NCBI RefSeq assembly: GCF_009914755.1
Contig: NC_060935.1
Direction: 5' to 3' (one strand)
Source: the human T2T-CHM13v2.0 reference genome, Homo sapiens
Length of the DNA: 64,000 nt
The position numbers and the translations under genes are program-made. Below are positions 53,512-64,000 of this stretch, one piece after another. The stretch's first letter is position 1. Each line of letters opens with the position of its first letter. Below the pieces are notes generated by a model. It was not told the DNA's origin. It ran no database searches and saw only the letters and a list, made by a program, of their open reading frames with translations.

Positions 53512-53993
53512 TTTATAGAATCATGTTAATGTAGACATATACATAGTAATCTGTGTGAATACAGAGGGTCTCTTTTCTTAGGTACCAGAAAGCACAACAT
53601 ATTGTCAGTGACCTACTCTAACCATCTCACATAAGTAGTTGCTAGAAGAGGCCTGCCATCCTGAAAGCATGATTTCAACTCCATGTTAATATTGGTAGCT
53701 CACTAGAGCATGTCTCCGATTGGCCAATTTTCAGGCATAAATCCTTGGTTCTAGAGTGTTCGAATCCAGAAAGATCAAAACAGAACCATGTCTAATTTGA
53801 GATAAAGGTTTGCAAGAATGGAGTAGGCTATCTCTGAGCACTTTTAACATGTACACTGTAAAGGGAAAGTGTCCCTAAAGATCCAGTCTGAATTTTACTA
53901 CCTTTAGAGTGTGACTTAGGCAGAAGTACTTCTCCCTGCTTCTGTGCGCCTTTGGCTCGCCTGCTCATCTTCTTTGTAGAAAGTGTGTATTAG

Positions 53994-54189
53994 GTGTGTG
54001 GTGGCACACACCTGTAATCCCAACTACTCAGGGGGCTGAGGGAGAAGAATCACTTGAACCTGGGAGATGGAGGTTGTAGTGAGCTGAGATAGCACCACTG
54101 CACTCCAGCCTGGGCGACAGAGCAAGACTCCGTCTCAGAAAAACCAACCAACCAACAAACAAACAAAAAACAAACAAAAAAATTTAAAT
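53994..54189 (+). mobile_element. 5'-truncated AluS (right arm) with (AACC)/(AAAC) tail
   Basis: GTGGTGGCACACACCTGTAATCCCA...GCAAGACTCCGTCTC; perfect TSD AAAGTGTGTATTAG (53980-53993 / 54190-54203). Confidence 0.88.
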
Positions 54190-54195
54190 AAAGTG

Positions 54196-54578
54196 TGTAT
54201 TAGTCAGAGTTGGCTAAATTCTCAAATATCAATGGCTTTAGATAATTGATCTTTATTTTTTACTCAGGTAAGCATTCAGTGGGGGTATTCAACAGAAAAC
54301 TGAGTGAGCCGAGTTTCTAGGATGCAAACTCCTTCTGTGTTGTGGCTCTGCCATGTTTAAGGTTTCGGAGTCTGTTCCATTTATCTAGCAGGTGAGGAAA
54401 TGAGAGAAAGTATCTCCTGTGGGTGGTTTATATGTGCCATCATTTCTTTCCATATTCATTGGCAAGAACTCAGTCACATTACCACAATTAAATGCAAAGG
54501 AGGTGGGGAAATGTATTCTAGTTTCCCAGAAGGAAAACTGAAATGGGTGTTTGTGCACACACAGCAGTCTATGTCACA
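54196..54578 (-). mobile_element. Old MLT1 (J/K-type) LTR
   Basis: TGTATTAGTCAG...CATTTCTTTCCATATTCATTGGCAAGAACTCAGTCACAT..CCACA..TAAATGCAAAGGAGGTGGGGAAATGTA. Confidence 0.7.
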
Positions 54579-54589
54579 TAGAACTTTTT

Positions 54590-54760
54590 ACATTATACTG
54601 TTGTTAAAATCTTATTTATCTGCTGATCTCTCCCACTGCTTTGTGAACTCTTTGAGGATGAAGATCACTTCCATTTATAATTTGATAGCTTCAGAGCCTA
54701 GCAGCAAAGTACCTGGTACAAAGTAGTGGATTCCTAATAAATATTTACTGAATGATTGAT
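54590..54760 (+). mobile_element. L2 3' end
   Basis: TGTGAACTCTTTGAGG...CAGAGCCTAGCAGCAAAGTACCTGGTACAAAGTAG...AATAAATATTTACTGAATGATTGA. Confidence 0.75.
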
Positions 54761-55457
54761 TATAGTAGCATTTCAATTGCAAAACTATTATTTGATATTT
54801 TTAGGTTATATAAGACTTACCTAATATTGTATTTTCAAAATTCTTGCTGAATAATAAAAAATTTATGAAATAACTCTCTACGTGAGTGTGCAATTTGCCC
54901 ACTAAATACATTTTAAAACACAAATTAAAGCCTCTTTCCTCCATGAGATCACACTATTATTCGAGCTGAACCTGCATGCATGCTGTTATTATGGGATTAA
55001 TTTCCTCACTTAAGTTTTACTGGAAACTGTTTTACTGACTACTATTAAGAGCAGCATCAAAGACTTTCCACTTGCTCCATTAAGCAAAACAATCATTGCT
55101 TTTAGCACTTTCTTTATGGTTCTTGATACATTTTGTTTTTTCAAAAGGTTCATTCCAGTAAGATTAAAGTTTGTTCAATGTTCATTTTAAACAAATGGTT
55201 TTGGTTCATAAATACTGTCTAGGAATATTTATGTGGGAAAACATTCCCTATTTGAGGAAACCTATATTAAACCTCTGAATAGAAATTGTTTCCAATAAAT
55301 TTTCAGATATTAAAAAATGCCAAAATAGTACTTATTTGCTCTTGATCGCTCAACATTATAATAAACACAGTTTGCACAGTAATTACCAATAAGCACCTAT
55401 TCTACAGCTGATATACTTAATGTATTGATGTAAAGGGAAGAAAAGGGGAAAATTACA

Positions 55458-55756
55458 GAGGAGTTAAGAGAGCAAGTCTTTGAAGTTTGACAATGCTGTA
55501 TTTAACTCTTGGCTTTGCCACTTGAGCTTTGTGATCTTAAACCCTAAGCATCCCTGAACCTCGCTTCCCTTCTCTGTAAAACAGGGGTCAAAATGGTACC
55601 TGTTCCACAGTACCGTTTTCTTTCACTCATTATTGAGTGGGGCTTGATGTGAAATGTGTGTTCACATGCATTATATCATGATGTGATGTGATTTAATGAA
55701 GTAATGCATGCAAACACACATTTCACATCAAGCCACACTCAATAAATGAGAGCTTA
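55458..55756 (+). mobile_element. MIR containing an inverted duplication of its own 3' end
   Basis: GTTAAGAGAGCAAGTCTTTGAAG...GGCTTTGCCACTT...TGAACCTCGCTTCCCTTCTCTGTAAAA...TAATGCATGCAAA...CTCAATAAATGAGAGCT. Confidence 0.7.
55626..55750. repeat. Inverted repeat, ~48-bp arms (55626-55673 / 55702-55750)
   Basis: Arms differ by 3 substitutions and 1 single-base indel; 28-nt spacer. Confidence 0.95.
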
Positions 55757-55851
55757 ATGAGCTTTTAATAAATAAATATATTGAGCTCCTATTGTGACCC
55801 AGATAATATGCTAAATACCATATAATTAATTATTAAGTCTCTTTGTCCTCT

Positions 55852-55888
55852 CAATATTCTTAAGGAAACAATATTCTTAAGGAAACAA
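55852..55888. repeat. 17-bp tandem duplication
   Basis: (CAATATTCTTAAGGAAA)2 followed by CAA. Confidence 0.9.
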
Positions 55889-57261
55889 GAATAGAGGAAA
55901 TTGAAGGTCTACTAAATGTTAAATTTAGAATCTAGGTCTGTCACATTGCCACTGCTGCTGTGTTTTTGCCCAAAGGGCTTACAACCCAACGGGAGAGAGA
56001 AACAAGCAAACAAATATCCAGTGGGATAATAAACTCAGTGGCATCATACCTAACAATTGAGTTCTTTCTATGTGTCAGGCAATGGAAAAATGCTTTATAT
56101 ACTATGAGATAAATTCTACCACTATCCCTATTTACCAATAAAGAAACCAAAGCAAAGAAAGTTTAAGTGTGGAAAATCAAAAGAATGGAGCAGTCCGTAT
56201 ATGTTACAATAATTTAGGTAAGAAATAGAGGTGGAACTTTTGCTAGACCTTGAAAACAGGATTAAAAGTAGACAAACAGAAAAGGCCAAGATGAACAGTT
56301 CAGGCAGGTAGAGTGGCATGATCATGCAATATGGTTTGCAATATAAACACTTTTATTCTAATACACTAAACAGAACTGTGCCATTTGTTGATGAAAGTGT
56401 CCAGACACTGCAACAACAACTTGGACAGACAGAACTATTGAGCAAACCATCCCAAGAGCCTTCAAGTTGGAATCGAATTGAGTGGGTCGATATTGAAAAA
56501 AAATCATAAATGACTGACAGGTAGAGTTAGCTCGAATCTATTACTTTTCTTGAAATCCTTTCAAGGGTCATCATTAAGTGACAAGCTCATTGAACTTCAC
56601 TTGAGAATCTGTGGGATAAAAAAGTGAACTCATATCGAAGAGTAATTGGAAGATGCCAAAGGCATCCAATAATGAAAATGGCAGTGCTTTTTATTATACT
56701 TAACATTTTGAAATGATTGTGTAAAGTCATGAAGCCTGTTTTTGGTCCAGTGACAATCTTATGTCCTGAGCAATTGAGTGAATAGTTGACTTTCATTTTT
56801 AGTTTTAATTTTGTTTGTCTTCAAGACTCCACTGAAGTTCTGTTTTCTGTCTCCACTTATTCCTGTTTTAGAAGGACATTCACCACAGCTGTAGTTACCT
56901 CAGCAGTGTTTTCTGGGAGAATGGTTTCTCTGTGGAAGTATCAGATGCTTAGTGTTAGGCTCAGGTTGCACCTCCTTTCTAATGCATCTCTGCTCTTCTT
57001 GTCTCTGTCCACAGAATTCTTCTGCTTGGTCCCTGGTGATCATTCTCTTGAGTAATGAGTTATATTCCTGTAGCCAAAATGTTAACAAATAGAATAAATC
57101 CAATTTTTGAGAAATTAAAAACTAAGCAGGTTTGTCATCTCTATTTCTAATGGTCTTCAGCCTAAAACATTAGAGGATTTTAAGGCACAGTAAAATAATG
57201 AACAGCACCACCATCACGGTTATCATCATGACACCATGAATGCCATTGTCATCACTATCAC

Positions 57262-57938
57262 TGTCTAAGTCAGCTCAGGTTGCTATAACAAAATACTCTA
57301 GACAGGATGGCTTAAACAAGGGACATTTATTCCTCACAGTTCTGGAGGCTGGGAAGTACAGGATGAATGTGATGGCAGATTTGGTGTCTGGGGAAGGCTC
57401 TCTTCCTGACATGCAGATGACTTCCTTCTTGCTGTGTCTTCACATGGTGAAAAGAGAAAGGGCTCTGGTGTCTCTTTCTTTTCTTATAAGAACTCTAATC
57501 CAATCATAAGCTCCTCCCTCATGACCTCGTTTAAAAGCCATTACTGGCCGAGCGCGGTGGCTCACGCCTGTAATCTCAGCACTTTGGGAGGCTGAGGCGG
57601 GTGGATCATGAGGTCAGGAGATTGAGACCATCCTTGCTAATGTGGTGAAACCCCGTCTCTACTAAAAATACAAAAAATTAGCCAGGCATGGTGGCGGGTG
57701 CCTGTAGTCCAGGCTACTCGGGAGGCTGAGACAGGATAATGGCGTGAACCATTCTCCTGAGCTTGCAGTGAGCCGAGATCACGCTACTGCCCTCCAGCCT
57801 GGGTAACATAGTGAGACTCCATTTAAAAAAAAAGCCATTGCCTCCCAAAGTCAGCCTTATAATATCATCACATGGGGATTAGGGCTTCAACACATGAATT
57901 TCGGCATGTGTTGAAGGACAAACATTCAACCCATAGCA
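57262..57938 (-). mobile_element. MLT1A0-type solo LTR split by an AluY
   Basis: TGTCTAAGTCAGCTCAGGTTGCTATAACAAAATAC...CACAGTTCTGGAGGCTGGGAAG...GGGGATTAGGGCTTCAACACATGAATTT...CATTCAACCCATAGCA; TSD ATCAC/ATTAC. Confidence 0.85.
57546..57833 (+). mobile_element. AluY, full length
   Basis: GAGATTGAGACCATCCT.GCTAA, AATGGCGTGAACC and GAGCTTGCAGTGAGCCGAGATC; TSD AAAAGCCATTAC / AAAAGCCATTGC. Confidence 0.92.
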
Positions 57939-57973
57939 ATTACCACTACTACAATCATTATAATCATTGTTGT

Positions 57974-57979
57974 CATCAA

Positions 57980-58020
<41 letters not shown>
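57974..58020. repeat. (CAT)n trinucleotide microsatellite
   Basis: CATCAA followed by about 13 CAT units; source of the poly-His in ORF 57872-58159. Confidence 0.95.
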
Positions 58021-58342
58021 CTGTTCATTGCTGGCTCACCAGCTGAAGTTGCAATCATGCCAGAAATTTTATAGATGCTTGTTTGTCATAGCCTTATTAC
58101 CAAAAAAAAATTGTAATTATGATTCCTACTTTACAGGTATGGAAATGAGGCTGTGGTAACTCACACAAAGTTACATTTTCAGTTTGAGGAAGAGAAGAGC
58201 TGGGTTTTTACTAAGGTTGACTTTTTTTAATCTTGTTTTCTCTTTCCACTTTGCGTATTAGTATTTTTCGCCAACCTCAATCTAGAACCCTCGTCCTTGG
58301 CCCTAGAAAGACCGTTTCTTATAGCAAGAAATTAAGCTAACT

Positions 58343-58560
58343 CAGGGTTACTTAATCTCTGCACTTTTGACATTTTGGGGTACATAATACTATGTTGGGT
58401 TTTGGGAATATGTCCTATGTGTTGCATGATGATTAGAAGCATCCCTCTCTTCTTCTCAGTAGATGCCAGAAGTTTCCCTCCCCAATCATAGAATTAACTA
58501 TCTCCAGACATTGCCAAATATCCCCTCAGGGGGTGAAATCTTCCTGGTCAAGAACCACTG
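58343..58560. mobile_element. MER20 (hAT-Charlie)
   Basis: CAG..TTACTTAATCTCTGCACTTTTGACATTTTGGG...CTCCAGACATTGCCAAATATCCCCT...AGAACCACTG; 8-bp TSD AGCTAACT/AACTAACT. Confidence 0.88.
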
Positions 58561-60028
58561 AACTAACTTCTTGGAAATTGTTAGCGTCTAAGAAATATGA
58601 GTTATTTTTCCCAGGTAGATTACAAAATAATTGATTTCATATTATTGTAAAATTTTAGATGTCATTACAGACAAAATGGAAGCTAATTTTAGCTGTTGGG
58701 CAGGTACATGAAACTCTTGATGCTCTTGAGATTGTGATTTTTCTGAGCTGTCACAGGCAGTTGTTGATGCAAGTATTACTATAATGCAAAAGAAATGAGA
58801 AACTAAACAATGGTTGTCCAACTATTATGGCCTTTGTTATTATAGACTTTTTCTACCCAAGCAAAATTTTATAGAATTTGATATATCTCATTTAACTAAT
58901 TCAATTTTGAAAACAACTCTTTTAGCTAACTTTAAAAGTGAGTAATTTAAATACAGATATTTGGAAAAGGATATCACACAGTAAAAATAATCATCTGTCC
59001 CCCAAATAATTATTGTTTACATTTTGACATATTTACTTTTAAGTATATATATATATATATGTATAGCATGATAATCAAAGGCCTTTTCTCACAGGGCTAT
59101 TATAATTTTCATGTAGTGTTTACCATGTTGCCTGGCATGTAGTATAAACTTTTGTTGTGGTTGCTATTTTACTTATTATTATATTTGTAATTCAACATTT
59201 TATGAAAAGTTTGCATCATGTGAATGTATCATAATTTAACTTTCTTCTCATTTTGTGGCATTTAGGTTATTTAAAAAATTAATAAATATTTTAAAACTCC
59301 AAATATACTATTGAATAAAGTTTATAAAGCAATGACTGCTTTATAGATACTCCCACACAAAAAGGGGAGAGAAATTTTTCAAGGCCAGGCAATTAATCAG
59401 TGAAACAATATGTTCTTCCATTACCATCTGTCCACTCTTCTCCCAATGTGACTTTAGGGCAAAAGTGAGCATTGAGATGTGTTGTGCATTCAATTCTTCC
59501 TTTTAGAATGATCAGATTAACTATAAAGTATTTGGACATTTTATAAATTTTTTTTTTGTTCAACTCTAGCAATCATAAAGAGACAAATAAAATGGCTGTT
59601 ACCAACTAAATCTTACCCAATGTGGAAAATACAGATAGCTCCAGGAGGTTATTCACTTTAGAATTCAGGCAACACCTTGGACATTCAGCAAGTGAGATGT
59701 GAAATAGTTTCCCCAAACCAGCAATTTCTCAGTTTAGACCTTACTAGGTTTTGCTTACTAATGGCCATAGTTCTAGAGAGGTGGCTATTTACGTAAGTTA
59801 ATGGCAAATATTTGCTGTAAAATGATCTTTAAGATGGTTTAGACTTAGAAATCAAGAGAGTATGAACCTGCTCATTGTGGTGGAGTGGTTCTGTCCTGGG
59901 TTTCTGTCCAAATCAGAAAATTTGTTTTTTTGACACTCTCTACAGCAAACTTACCCTGGATCATTAGCCAAGTCACTGTCTTGACTTCTGTTTCCTCCTC
60001 TTGAATGATGAGAGTGGAATTAGATCAC

Positions 60029-61137
60029 TTTTTTGTTCTTTTTTCTTTATTATACTTTAAGTTCTAGGGTACATGTGCACAATATGCAGGTTTGTTACAT
60101 ATGTATGCATGTGCCATGTTGGTGTGCTGCACCCATTAACTCGTCATTGACATTAGGTATATTTCCTAATGCTATCCCTCCCCTCTACCCCCACCCCACA
60201 ACAGGCCCTGGTGTGTGATGTTCCCCTTCCTGCGTCCAAGTGTTCTCACTATTCAACTCCCACCTATAAGTGAGAACATGTGGTGTTTGGTTTTTTGTCC
60301 TTGCAATAGTTTGCTGAGAATGATGGTTTCCAGCTTCATCCATGTCCCTACAAAGGACATGAACTCATCATTTTTTTATGGCTGCATAGTATTCCATGGT
60401 ATATATGTGCCACATTTTCTTAATCCAGTCTATCATTGTTGGACATTTGGGTTGGTTCCAAGTCTTTGCTATTATGAATAGTGCCGCAATAAACATATGT
60501 GTGCATGTGTCTTTATAGCAGCATGATTAATAATGCTTTGGGTATATACCCAGTAATGGGATGGCTGGGTCAAATGGTATTTCTAGTTCTAGATCCCTGA
60601 GGAATCGCCACACTGACTTCCACAATGGTTGAACTAGTTGACAGTCCCACCAACAGTGTAAAAGTGTTCCTATTTCTCCACATCCTCTCCAGCACCTGTT
60701 ATTTCCTGACTTTTTAATGATCGCCATTCTAACTGGTGTGAGATGATACCTCATTGTGGTTTTGATTTGCATTTCTCTGATGGCCAGTGATGATGAGCAT
60801 TTTTTCATGTGTCTGTTGCCTGCATAAATGTCTTCTTTTGAGAAGTGTCTGTTCATATCCTTCACCCACTTGTTGATGGGGATGTTTGTTTTTTTCTTGT
60901 AAATTTGTTTGAGTTCTTTGTAGATTCTGGATATTAGCCCTTTGTCAGATGAGTAGATTGCAAAAATTTTCTCTCGTTCTGTAGGTTGCCTGTTCATTCT
61001 GATGGTAGTTTCTTTTGCTGTGCAGAAGCTCTTTAGTTTAATTAGATCCCATTTGTCAATTTTGGCTTTTGTTGCCATTGCTTTTGGTGTTTTAGTCATG
61101 AAGTCCTTGCCCATGCCTGTGTCCTGAATGGTATTGT
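60029..61137 (-). mobile_element. 5'-truncated L1PA (about PA4-6): 3' UTR plus end of ORF2
   Basis: T-rich tail, then TATACTTTAAGTTCTAGGGTACATGTGCAC; the translated ORF matches the L1 ORF2p C-terminus. Confidence 0.95.
60527..61114 (-). pseudogene. L1 ORF2p C-terminal remnant (non-functional)
   Basis: [35 protein letters not shown]...[18 protein letters not shown] (CCHC knuckle); premature stop after LLGIYPKHY; no EN or RT domain. Confidence 0.9.
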
Positions 61138-62606
61138 GTTTATAGGCTTAAATTTCTATTTTATTTTTTTCTGTGAGTTTCATATCCATATCCTTTAACC
61201 CCTTTTTATTGATTTGCAAATGCTTTTTATGTATTATAAGTATTTGATCTTTTTTCTAGTGTGGGAAATACTCTGTCCCATTTTGTAATTTGTTTTGACT
61301 TAGTCTACGGTGTTCTTCGCTTCGTAGAAAATTTTAACTTTTGTAAGTCAAATTCATCAATCATTCTATGATTTTCTTTGTGTTATGTTTTAAATAAAAA
61401 TTTTCTACTATATTATAATTTAAATACTTCCATATATTTTTGTTATCCTTTATGATTTCATTTTATATATTTAAATGTTTTAGACATCTGGACAGTATTT
61501 GGGAAGCAGAGATGACTTTATAACCTAAGTTTGTATTTTCCAGATGGCTGCACAATTGTTTCAACATTTTTTTTTAAATGTTTGACTCATTGATTTGAAA
61601 TGTTACATTTACCATATATACTACATTCCCATATGTATTGGGGTTTATTTCTAGACTTTCACTTGTTCCATGTATCTACCTTTGTTTATATGCTAGTTTC
61701 TAACATTTTTATGACGGGATCTTCTGCCATATTTTAATTTTTGATGAAGCAATTACTCTCTGAGTCTTCTTTTCAGAATTTTCTGGCTCTTTATGACAAG
61801 TTTCCTTTTTATGTATATGAACTTTTAAATAATATTATCTATTTCCAGTGTTAACTCTATTATTAATTTTATTAGAATTGCACACAATTTGCAAATTATT
61901 TTAAGTAGAGTTAACATTTTTATCATTAATTTTCCATGTCTTTTTTCCATGTATTTATTCTTTATTTCTGTTCCTAAGAACATTTCTTTTATATTATTTA
62001 CTATTATAATATTTAATTATTTATCTATTTTTTTATCTTTGACACATTTCCTATTCTCCTTTATGACCACAATATCAGCCCATTTAATCTCACTCCTTAA
62101 GATAAATAATTTTGATAATATAGTGTATGCATGTCTTTATTTTTTCTATTATTATACATATACACATATGTAATACCCACATATTTTTTCTTTTTCATTT
62201 CTATTAAAGGATGATTAGATATTAGATTTATTTTTAAAAAGCATGTTATTAGTTACTTTTCTGTATATTTCCTTTATCAGCCTTTAAAACATTTTGGTGA
62301 ATCTCTCACTATCATCTGCTATAGTTTAAATTCATTCTTTACAATGGCTGTGTAATATCGCATGGTGTGCATCACAACAATGAAGCTAGTGATTCCTCTT
62401 TTGATGGGCAGTCTCTGTTTCAGTTCTTGGCCACTGTCAACAAGGCTAAATAAACATCCTCATCCATATGCCCTTATTATCTAGGAGTTGATACTTTTCC
62501 TTCCATTCGGTAGAATATTATGAGAGTTATTTTAGAGTAAATATTACTAAATTGCCTTCCAAAAGGGCCATAGCACTTCACAGTACAATTAGAATATATG
62601 AAATTA

Positions 62607-62837
62607 GGCCAGGCGCAGTGGTCATGCCTGTAATCCCAGCACTTTGGGAAACTGAGGTGGGTGGATCACAAGGTCAGGAGTTTGAGACCAGCCTGACCAA
62701 CATGGTGAAACCCCGTGTCTACTAAAAACACAAAAATTAGCCGGGCATGGTGGTGCTCGCCTGTAATCCCAGCTGCTCAGGAGGCTGAGGCAGGAGAATT
62801 GCTTGAACCTGCAAAAAAAAAAAAAAAAAAAAAAAAA
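62607..62837 (+). mobile_element. AluS (Sg-like) missing the distal part of the right arm
   Basis: GGATCACAAGGTCAGGAGTTTGAGACCAGCCTGACCAACATGG...GCTTGAACCTGC runs directly into A25. Confidence 0.88.
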
Positions 62838-63043
62838 GTAAAAGAAAAAACATTCCTATCAGAAAGAGCTCTAGACACTTGAATTTAGATACTATATAAT
62901 TGTCACTTAAATCCACATTTTACTGACAGTTAATGGTATTGAAAACATTTCTACATATTTGCTGTTTACTTGAATTTGCTCTCCTTTGAATTATGTATCT
63001 TTTATTTGTACATTTTCGTATTATTTTATTTTGTTCAGCAGTG

Positions 63044-63362
63044 AGGTTAGCCCTCTATATGGGCAGGTTCTGCATCTGCAGTTTCAAACAACCATGGTTT
63101 AAAAACGTTAAGGAGAAAACAATAAAAATAACAACAAAACAATAAAAATAATGCAAATCAAAACAATATAGTATAGTAAGTATGTGGTATTTACATTATA
63201 TTAGTTATAAGTAATCTACAGGTGATTTACAGTATATGGGAAGTTATGTGTAGGGAATATGCAAATGCTTCACCGTTTAATACAAGGAACTAGAGCATCC
63301 CCGGATTTTGGTATCCAAGGGAGTCCTGGAACCAATCCCTTATGGAAACTGAGAGAGGACTG
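63044..63362. mobile_element. Tigger3a/MER7A-type TcMar-Tigger element
   Basis: GGTTCTGCATCTGCAGTTTCAAACAACC...TATAAGTAATCTA.AG.TGATTTA.AGTATATGGGA...GGATTTTGGTATCC..GGGAGTCCTGGAACCAATCCC..ATGGA.ACTGAG...GACTGTA. Confidence 0.85.
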
Positions 63363-64000
63363 TATTTATCTTGTAAGAGATATTGTGTATTCTATAAATT
63401 AACCCATTATTTATCTGTTTGTTTACATTTTTTAGAAAAATTTCTTTTCTTTTTGCTTTTTTTAATGGTATTTTTTTCTATACAAAAACCTTAATCTGTT
63501 TTTTTTTCTTTTATATTATCTAGCTTTGAATTAGGAAAGTCTCCCTGATTCCTAGATAGTATAGTTTTTAGAGTTTCTTGCAAGTCTTTTGGTTTACTTG
63601 GTTATTGTTAACCATTTTATCTACCTGACATTTATTTCAGAATCTTATTTAGGATATTTCGGATATTAGGAGTTATTATTTTCTTTCAAATTACCAAGTT
63701 TTGTCGGCACCTTTCATTATGTAATCTATATTTTACTCACCAAATTAAACTTCATGTTTATCATATAATAATATCCCATCAGTATAGACATCTAATTCTG
63801 AGTTCTAAAATTCCAAAAATTCTGTGTGTTTAACTAAAGCAATATTCTGTTGATTTTATTTAAATTGTTTTTATAACAGTGTCTCAACTGGGGTTCTGCA
63901 AATGTTGTTACAGTTTCCGTAAAACATGATGATTAGAAAAAATAATTGTTACTTAGATTCTGAGTGCTTTTCCAAGCTAACACTGCCAGTAGTGAATATT

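Larger units (their letters stand above)
61160..63870 (-). mobile_element. Old L1ME-type ORF2/3' fragments, interrupted by an Alu and a Tigger
   Basis: T-rich antisense ORF2-like text: AAATTTTAACTTTTGTAAGTCAAATTCATCAATC, GGGTTTATTTCTAGACTTTC, CTTTTTCAGAATTTTCTGGCT-like, AAATTGCCTTCCAAAAGGG. Confidence 0.6.

Noticed and set aside
52775-53560. Possible old ERV LTR flanking the THE1C
   Set aside because: Looks LTR-like, but I cannot assign a family or boundaries.
57872-58159. Poly-His ORF
   Set aside because: MLT1 end plus (CAT)n microsatellite.

Overview
AT-rich, CpG-depleted primate (very probably human) intronic or intergenic DNA, dense in transposon remnants. It holds ten Alus (J, S, Y), L1PA and older L1M pieces, many ERVL-MaLR LTRs (THE1, MST, MLT1, including a near-complete MSTA provirus), L2/MIR fragments, hAT-Charlie and Tigger DNA transposons, and several microsatellites. 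I find no credible protein-coding exon, RNA gene, CpG island or CRISPR-like system. The ORF track is explained by repeats, low-complexity sequence or chance, apart from an L1 ORF2 C-terminal remnant and MaLR-internal ORF remnants. I cannot name the locus and see no support for a new biological system. The most interesting signals are small DNA-repair and replication scars: two non-tandem templated insertions (44 bp and 294 bp) copied from upstream unique DNA into old L2 elements, three template-switch hairpins (including a ~125-nt pre-miRNA-like hairpin in a MIR), a tiny twin-primed L1, a tail-less Alu with a perfect TSD, reciprocal Alu/MaLR nesting, and a (GGAA)15 microsatellite. Repeat subfamily calls come from remembered consensus motifs, not alignments. 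Boundaries of old repeats are approximate.
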